IMG/VR virus record: IMGVR_UViG_3300027770_000036
From: an uncultured virus (IMG/VR IMGVR_UViG_3300027770_000036)
Lineage: Duplodnaviria > Heunggongvirae > Uroviricota > Caudoviricetes
DNA length: 64,000 nt
Strand: one strand, 5' to 3'
This document shows positions 58,474-64,000 of the stretch, piece after piece. Below the pieces are notes generated by a model. It was not told the DNA's origin. It was given only the letters and a program-made list of their open reading frames with translations, and made no database searches. Position 1 is the stretch's first letter, and each line of letters begins with the position of its first letter. The translations under genes and the position numbers were made by a program.

Positions 58474-59613
58474 TTAAAGTTGGGATCTACCGCTTGAAGG
58501 GAAGTCCCCGAGACGCATATTTGGATTACGTTGTCTTCCAGCGCTTTCAAAGTTATATTCACCTGGAAGACCTGGAGATGCTTCTGCGGGATTACCAAGA
58601 AGCCTTGAAAGGCCCTTGTTAATGCCTTCATTCCTTGTGCTACTAAGGCCCCCGCTAGCTCTGGATATTGGATCGCCTTCTCCAGGAAACATTTCAGGGT
58701 TGATCTGCATGTGCCTAATCACATCATCTTTAGAGAAAGTGTTAAGAAGCTTATCGCCAAATCGTTGCGCCGCCCCGTGGGCGCCTCGGCTAAGTCCTTG
58801 AAGACCAAAGATCGGTCCTTCAGCCTTTTCTTGAAGTGACCTAATAAGTTCAGCATTATTACTCATATTCTGATCGTCGGATGGGTCATACTGACTGCTG
58901 ACCAGCTCCAAATTAGTAGGACTATCACTGTTTAGCTTATTATTGGATAAGCCTAGGCGGTATTGAAGTTCCTTAGCTTTATCTGAAAGGTAATTGGCCC
59001 CGCCAACAGCCTTATCTTTAACAGAGTTAGCCGCACCAACGACCGAGTCCTTAGCGGAATTAGCCGCACCCATAGCCTTGTCTTTAATCTTACCGGTTTC
59101 AGCTACAATTTTGTCTTTAGCCTTACCTACTCCCTTTTCTAACTTGTCTTTATTCTTACCTAGAACTCTACTAACTTCTGCAATGCCTGGATCGATATAT
59201 TTTTTCTTGATAGGATCGTATATGTTGTCTTTTCCGAGTCGGCCAAGAGCGCCTACACCTGCGCCAGCTACACCGCCAATGCCTGCGCCTTCACCTAAGC
59301 GGCGAATAAGGCTCTTCTTCTTATTACCTAAAACTGCATTACCTACACCGCCAACGCCTGCGCCGCCAAGCCCACCGAGAATAGCTGCTCTGGCAGTTGG
59401 GTCAAGAGCTTGAAATCTTCCTAACGCATTCATGGTAGCGTTTCGTGAGCCCTCCATGGCGCTGTTAGCGTAACCCTTAACTCCAGAAGTGATACCCCTA
59501 AGGACTTTCCCAATGGAATCGTGTTGAGCTTCTGAGTCATCTCCCTCTGCTTGCTTATAGAGGTTTCCTACTCGGTTTGAAAATGCTCTGAGTACTATTT
59601 CTCGATTAGTCAT
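58474..59613 (-). CDS. KQA-preceded glycine-zipper protein with 11-mer amphipathic repeats
   Basis: Start at ATG 59613 (AAGGAG RBS); LDPTARAAILGGLGGAGVGGVGNAVLG; KDKAMGAANSA/KDSVVGAANSV/KDKAVGGANYL. Confidence 0.7.
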   Translation of the reverse strand: MTNREIVLRAFSNRVGNLYKQAEGDDSEAQHDSIGKVLRGITSGVKGYANSAMEGSRNATMNALGRFQALDPTARAAILGGLGGAGVGGVGNAVLGNKKKSLIRRLGEGAGIGGVAGAGVGALGRLGKDNIYDPIKKKYIDPGIAEVSRVLGKNKDKLEKGVGKAKDKIVAETGKIKDKAMGAANSAKDSVVGAANSVKDKAVGGANYLSDKAKELQYRLGLSNNKLNSDSPTNLELVSSQYDPSDDQNMSNNAELIRSLQEKAEGPIFGLQGLSRGAHGAAQRFGDKLLNTFSKDDVIRHMQINPEMFPGEGDPISRASGGLSSTRNEGINKGLSRLLGNPAEASPGLPGEYNFESAGRQRNPNMRLGDFPSSGRSQL

Positions 59614-59791
59614 CACCTTGACTCCTTGTCTTTTAAATGTTCCATCATTTGAACACACAACACAGCGAGGCCGGATAGCCTCAAATATAAATCCAATACT
59701 ATTAACATTACCACGAATTACTATCACAGCAGTAGTCTAATATTTACTTATAACATTTATCTATATCTATCCGCTAGACCTTAAAGCCTAC

Positions 59792-61282
59792 TTATTTTAC
59801 TTTTTGAGATCCTACTTCCCTTAGCAGACCAAGGAACTTTTCATTCAATTCCTGCTTACGAGCGGCTGCTGCTATAAGGTAGTCATCGGTAGCCATATCT
59901 GGGTTAGCCTTAATGCCGACGTACCTCAATAGAGACTTTAATCTTCCTGGTGCAGTTCTAGCTATGTATCTCTCTATCTTAACCTTTCTGTCTTCAGGAG
60001 GAAGATGTTCATGGCTGTCATATCTTAGAGCCCTGCCTTCACTTTGCGTACTCCTAACGTTATTCCAATGTGGATCCAGAAGCTGAACAAGTTTAGTGCC
60101 CTTAAAGGATAGCCCCTCAGTTCCAGACGGTCCTAGCAGAGCTACTTTTAGTTTGTCTGAGTTGTAGTCGTCAACTAGCTGCTTTCTCTTCTTATCAGAT
60201 AGGGAGCCAGTGAAAGAAGCTGCAGGTATTCCGGCTTTATCTAGGGCTGCTTGATAAGGGTCTAAGCCGGCTTCTATAAAGTTAGAGAATATAAGAGCCT
60301 TGCCTTTAGGGTCTTTAGTAAGCAAAGAGTTAAGGCGCTTAAAGGCTTCTGTCAGTTTTGGAGACCTATCAAACGCAGTTATTGGCTGGGCATTATCTTT
60401 CATGAACGTACTAGTGGACAACCCGATCTGTCTAGGCCCTGTTAGGAAGCTAAACATCTTCTTAGACTCTGCGTCCGTAAGAGGATAATTTAGCTGAAGT
60501 TTCCACTTTAGAATAGCTGGCAGTTTTCCGTATAGCTGGTTATGGAGATCGGTCTGATCTCTATTCATTTCTGTTATTACATCTTCTCTATTGATCTCAG
60601 CCTTGGGCTTAAGCGGAGCAAAGTAATCTACTTTACCTTCTAAGTCCTTCTTAAGCTCGGCTACGTTTTTTAGCTCTGGGCCCGGGGCCTTAGAGTGTAA
60701 AAGGACATTATACCAAGAGGGCTTTGTAACCTTTTGTACATACCTATCTTGAAAAGCCTCTGGAGTTATATCTTTTCCAGTAAGAACGCTATAGGGCATA
60801 GCGAAGTCTGCAGGAGAGTTAACTATAGGAGTGCCAGTCAGCATCACTACTTGCCTAGCTTTTCTTGCTGCTTCTAATAGGTTCTTAGACTGATCTGACT
60901 GAGTGTTTCTAAACCTATGGGCCTCGTCTACTAATAAGGAGTCTGGGTTCTCTATAGGAAGCCCCTTACCAACACCTGTATGGCTCATTATGCTACTAGG
61001 AACAGCAGTAGCTTGATCTATGAACTTCTCTTGTTCTTTCTTTAAGTTAGTTCTTAGAGATGCAGGAACTATAGCTGTATATGGTGTCTTACTAGCTTCA
61101 GCGGCGGCTAATCCGCTCAGAGTCTTACCAGAACCTAGGCTATGGTATAGAAGTAGTCTTGCGCTGTCTTTCTTAGCTAGCTGAGATTGTACCTTATTTA
61201 CAACCCTCTCTTGGTGGGGCTGCAACTGGATACTAGGGCTAATATCCGCCTGCTTATCAATTATGGAGACGTCTCCACTCAT
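59792..61282 (-). CDS. SNF2-family (SF2) helicase/ATPase
   Basis: HSLGSGKT, VDEAH, LTGTP, LIFSNF, EGLS and QSEGRALR. Confidence 0.93.
   Translation of the reverse strand: MSGDVSIIDKQADISPSIQLQPHQERVVNKVQSQLAKKDSARLLLYHSLGSGKTLSGLAAAEASKTPYTAIVPASLRTNLKKEQEKFIDQATAVPSSIMSHTGVGKGLPIENPDSLLVDEAHRFRNTQSDQSKNLLEAARKARQVVMLTGTPIVNSPADFAMPYSVLTGKDITPEAFQDRYVQKVTKPSWYNVLLHSKAPGPELKNVAELKKDLEGKVDYFAPLKPKAEINREDVITEMNRDQTDLHNQLYGKLPAILKWKLQLNYPLTDAESKKMFSFLTGPRQIGLSTSTFMKDNAQPITAFDRSPKLTEAFKRLNSLLTKDPKGKALIFSNFIEAGLDPYQAALDKAGIPAASFTGSLSDKKRKQLVDDYNSDKLKVALLGPSGTEGLSFKGTKLVQLLDPHWNNVRSTQSEGRALRYDSHEHLPPEDRKVKIERYIARTAPGRLKSLLRYVGIKANPDMATDDYLIAAAARKQELNEKFLGLLREVGSQKVK
61264..61277. repeat. Dispersed palindrome (perfect)
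   Basis: taTGGAGACGTCTCCAct at the start of the helicase gene. Confidence 0.9.
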
Positions 61283-64000
61283 TACTTAGTCTCCATTATA
61301 ACTATCTTGTCGTTGGCTTCAATCTCGCCTGCGTGGTAGGCCCTAACAGCATCAGCCTTAGTCTTGAAGTACTTTTCTTGCCTATTGCTAGGAGCAGACG
61401 TAGCGGTATACAAGCCACCTTGATATTCATTAGCTGGAAGCTGGTGAGCTTTAAAGTTCTTAACAGCAAAGAGGTTTTTACTTGGAAGCATCTTATCCAT
61501 AGCATCTTTAACGGCTTCGTCTGTAGCCGGAACGTGGTAGTTCATAGCATCTCCATCGAAGTCGGCATTAAAGCCCTTAACAATAATAGGAGGAACTTGA
61601 AGCGTGCTACCGCTTACTAACCTAGGTCGAAAGGCCATAACTCCATACCTGTGTAGAACTGGAGCGCGGGCAATGATTACCGGCCTAGCCCCCATCTCTT
61701 CTAGCATGGCGTCTTTGGCCATTGGATCTTTATTTTCAATAAGGTCTACGGCTGCGTGCCTATCTACTCCGCGCCTAATTAATCTTCTCATTATGAATGG
61801 CTTATACACCGACCATGCTCTGTCTTCTGGTAAGCCAACCTCATCCATGTCTAAGTCAGGGTTAGGAGTAATAGCTGCTCTGCCTACCATATCTACCTGA
61901 GACCCTAATAACTTACGTTGTAGAACACCAAACTTAGGGCTGTCCCCGAATACTTGTTTAAGTATTCCTTTGACGCCCTTCTTTACAAGCTTAGGATTTA
62001 CTGGGTCGCCTATACCTGTAACAGCCTTAAATGAATCGTAGAGAGCCAGCCTGTGATCTCCTATATCGGAGAATGACTTAGAGGCTTCTTTCATTTCATT
62101 GTTAGTGTCTATTAGTTCTTTGTATAGATAGTTAGCATCAGCAATCATTGGAAGGCCACTACCGCCCATTAAGCTTACTGGCCTAAACAGTGGCGGAATA
62201 ACTGGTACTTTGTTCATCATCCAATCTGATGGGTGTATCTTTAGCTCTTTAGATGACTTGAGGTATCCTAGCTTTCTTACAGCAGCATCTCTATAGGACT
62301 TCTTTCCAGATGCTATATCAGCCCGGGCCTTAAGAAGCTCTCGATCAACATTTATTGATCCTAGTGCGCTCTTTATAGCCGCCGGGCCTGACGCTCCATT
62401 AAGCTGCTCCTTGCCAGATAGGACTGCCCTAAACTTATCCTCTGTTAAACCTAGCACCCGCCTAATAGGGTCTTCCATTACTGGATTAGGCATTGCCTCA
62501 TGAAGCTTTATATGACTCCAGTCTGTGCCTCCGTGGCCTCCAGTAAGTCTAACGTCAAATAAGCCACCACCAGCAGGCTCAAGCCCTTTGTCCCAGTCTA
62601 CTGTGTCTGATCTCTGAATCTCTCTATTACCTGATAGGGAGTCTACGTCCTTATCGGTCATAGCCATTAACTGCGTTCTGGAGCCGTTCCTTACAGGGTT
62701 AATTCCTGAGGCCTGCAGCTGCGCCATAAACTTTCTATAGGTAAGCGGCACCCTCGGAATAGGCATAGCCTTTCCAGTCATAAATGCTGCCCAGTAATCT
62801 TCATTCTTTTGGCCTCTGATAGCGCCCGCATCTCTGGCAACTTCATGGGCTCCGTGAGAAAGAAGGGCATTAATATCCATCAAGGATACTCTCTTACTTC
62901 CCTCTTCCCCGCCTCTAGCTGGAGTGTCTTCGGCAGTATAGCCGCCTGCACCTGCACCCCTACCCTGCCCCTTTGACTCAGATGTATGGTGTAGCTTCAT
63001 AAAGAAGCGGCTGCCGGTGAAAATTCCCTTTATCTTTTTACCTGTCTCGGGGTCTTCTATGTCTTCCATGTCGCTTAAGTTATTCTTCTTAAGCTCATTA
63101 ATAGCGAACTCTGTAAGATCATTGATATTTTCGAAGTCCTTTACGGCGTACCTTTTACCTGTCTTCTCGGCTATCTTGCCTAGGGCCGTCTCTATCATTT
63201 GACTAGGGTTTGTTCTTGTTATAACGCCGAGAGGGTTTAGTAGTACTTCAAAAGGTCTACCATTAGCATCTCTAGGCATTTTATCGTCTGGCACAATTGT
63301 AGATATAACGCCCTTATCGCCGTACCTTCCAGAAAGCTTATCGCCTTCTTTCATAGCGCTTAGGCTCTTTACAGTTACAGCTGTTCCTTTACCGGTTTTA
63401 GACACATCAGTAACTACACCATCGTTTTCGTGGTCCCAGGTTACAGAGTTATTACTAAACCCAGACCTAGACCTTCCAACTTGGTTATGTGACCTGGAGA
63501 GTATCTTAGACTGAACTATAAGTGGCTCTCCCTTTTTGACTACAGCCCCAGGCTGAATTACGCCATCATCGTCGAGCCTGTCTAGTACTTGTCTGGTATA
63601 CTCTGATGGAAATAAAGTTGTGAATGAGTTCTTACCCTGCTTAGTGTCCGCTCCATACTCTGCTTCATGCTGATACATGTGCTCAGAAGTAAGACGCTTA
63701 GCTGCAGCCTCTGAAATTACTATGGCATCCTCAAAGTTATGTCCCTTGTAGGGTATATAAGCCGTTCTAAGGTTCATACCTAAAGCGGTAGCGCCTTTAT
63801 CGTCAGTGTAGTTTGACTTGGCAAGAAGAGCCCCCTTGTTTATAACGTCTCCTACCTTTACAACTGGAGTGTTGTGTAAAAAGGTCTTTCTATTAAAAGG
63901 AAGATTATTATAGATCTCTTGCTTATACAACTTTCCGTCTCTACCTCTTATGTGTACTTCATCTCCGTCTACTTTAATAACCTGCCCTTCTACCTCTGAG
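61282..64000 (-). CDS. RNA polymerase beta::beta'(N-terminal) fusion protein (partial, 5' end beyond window)
   Basis: Beta motifs GHNFEDAI, GDKLSGRYGDKG, LNPLGV..R.N and MKLHH; beta' motifs PVIPP.FRP, LLG..VD..GR..I, RAPVLH and NADFDGD. The frame stays open upstream of 63930 to the window edge (SEVEGQVIKVDG...). Confidence 0.93.
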   Translation of the reverse strand, partial: SEVEGQVIKVDGDEVHIRGRDGKLYKQEIYNNLPFNRKTFLHNTPVVKVGDVINKGALLAKSNYTDDKGATALGMNLRTAYIPYKGHNFEDAIVISEAAAKRLTSEHMYQHEAEYGADTKQGKNSFTTLFPSEYTRQVLDRLDDDGVIQPGAVVKKGEPLIVQSKILSRSHNQVGRSRSGFSNNSVTWDHENDGVVTDVSKTGKGTAVTVKSLSAMKEGDKLSGRYGDKGVISTIVPDDKMPRDANGRPFEVLLNPLGVITRTNPSQMIETALGKIAEKTGKRYAVKDFENINDLTEFAINELKKNNLSDMEDIEDPETGKKIKGIFTGSRFFMKLHHTSESKGQGRGAGAGGYTAEDTPARGGEEGSKRVSLMDINALLSHGAHEVARDAGAIRGQKNEDYWAAFMTGKAMPIPRVPLTYRKFMAQLQASGINPVRNGSRTQLMAMTDKDVDSLSGNREIQRSDTVDWDKGLEPAGGGLFDVRLTGGHGGTDWSHIKLHEAMPNPVMEDPIRRVLGLTEDKFRAVLSGKEQLNGASGPAAIKSALGSINVDRELLKARADIASGKKSYRDAAVRKLGYLKSSKELKIHPSDWMMNKVPVIPPLFRPVSLMGGSGLPMIADANYLYKELIDTNNEMKEASKSFSDIGDHRLALYDSFKAVTGIGDPVNPKLVKKGVKGILKQVFGDSPKFGVLQRKLLGSQVDMVGRAAITPNPDLDMDEVGLPEDRAWSVYKPFIMRRLIRRGVDRHAAVDLIENKDPMAKDAMLEEMGARPVIIARAPVLHRYGVMAFRPRLVSGSTLQVPPIIVKGFNADFDGDAMNYHVPATDEAVKDAMDKMLPSKNLFAVKNFKAHQLPANEYQGGLYTATSAPSNRQEKYFKTKADAVRAYHAGEIEANDKIVIMETK

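Noticed and set aside
59614..59727. Track N-terminal extension of 58474..59727 (also 51288-51326, 42184-42195 and 33194-33208)
   Set aside because: Better RBS or stop-start coupling supports the downstream ATG starts.
4933..61277. Explaining the palindrome as a conserved GDVS peptide motif
   Set aside because: One copy is intergenic, one is in another frame, synonymous positions are nearly fixed, and the host proteins are unrelated. The bias to the GDVS frame remains a caveat.
3111..63202. The many other short plus-strand ORFs and nested minus-strand ORFs in the track
   Set aside because: All lie inside longer, motif-bearing minus-strand genes and show no recognisable motifs of their own.
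55001..64000. Cellular rpoBC locus or host contamination
   Set aside because: No ribosomal-protein neighbours, divergent motifs and missing zinc sites; the genes are translationally coupled to phage-like genes and share the dispersed palindrome context.
1..64000. Stop-codon reassignment, as seen in some large phages
   Set aside because: Coding density is high under the standard code, and TAA, TAG and TGA all terminate tightly packed genes.
1..64000. tRNA, rRNA, integrase, transposase, reverse transcriptase/DGR, introns or inteins
   Set aside because: No supporting motifs were seen, intergenic gaps are short, and the RNAP and helicase motifs are contiguous without intein-like insertions.

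Overview
This 64-kb window is the virion morphogenesis region of a large contractile-tailed (myovirus-type) bacteriophage, in standard genetic code, with every credible gene on the minus strand. Reading in the direction of transcription (64000 to 1), it begins with a phage-encoded multisubunit RNA polymerase. One chain fuses beta to the N-terminal half of beta' and runs off the window; the C-terminal half of beta' is a separate gene. These are interleaved with an SNF2-type helicase and a block of low-complexity proteins rich in K-x-A motifs. Next come a putative prohead protease, scaffold, decoration protein and HK97-type major capsid protein, then a glycosyltransferase-methyltransferase fusion and neck, HNH and tail-completion genes. 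The tail region has a sheath, two tube paralogues, a spike/hub, a tail chaperone pair with a clear -1 frameshift site, a tape measure protein, and baseplate genes with a sigma-70-family factor embedded among them. An inserted cassette encodes a papain-like protease, a subtilisin and small membrane or exported proteins. The window ends with five paralogous Cys-rich baseplate/fibre genes and a >1100-aa collagen-like fibre that the ORF track missed. Four unexplained signals stand out: (1) a 14-bp palindrome TGGAGACGTCTCCA dispersed every ~4-9 kb, mostly inside genes; (2) the fused-and-split RNA polymerase lacking its zinc sites, with its own sigma factor; (3) a probable K-x-A proteolytic maturation code that includes glycine-zipper cargo proteins; (4) a protease-only cassette where lysis genes might be expected. 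All annotations come from reading motifs by eye; no database searches were run.
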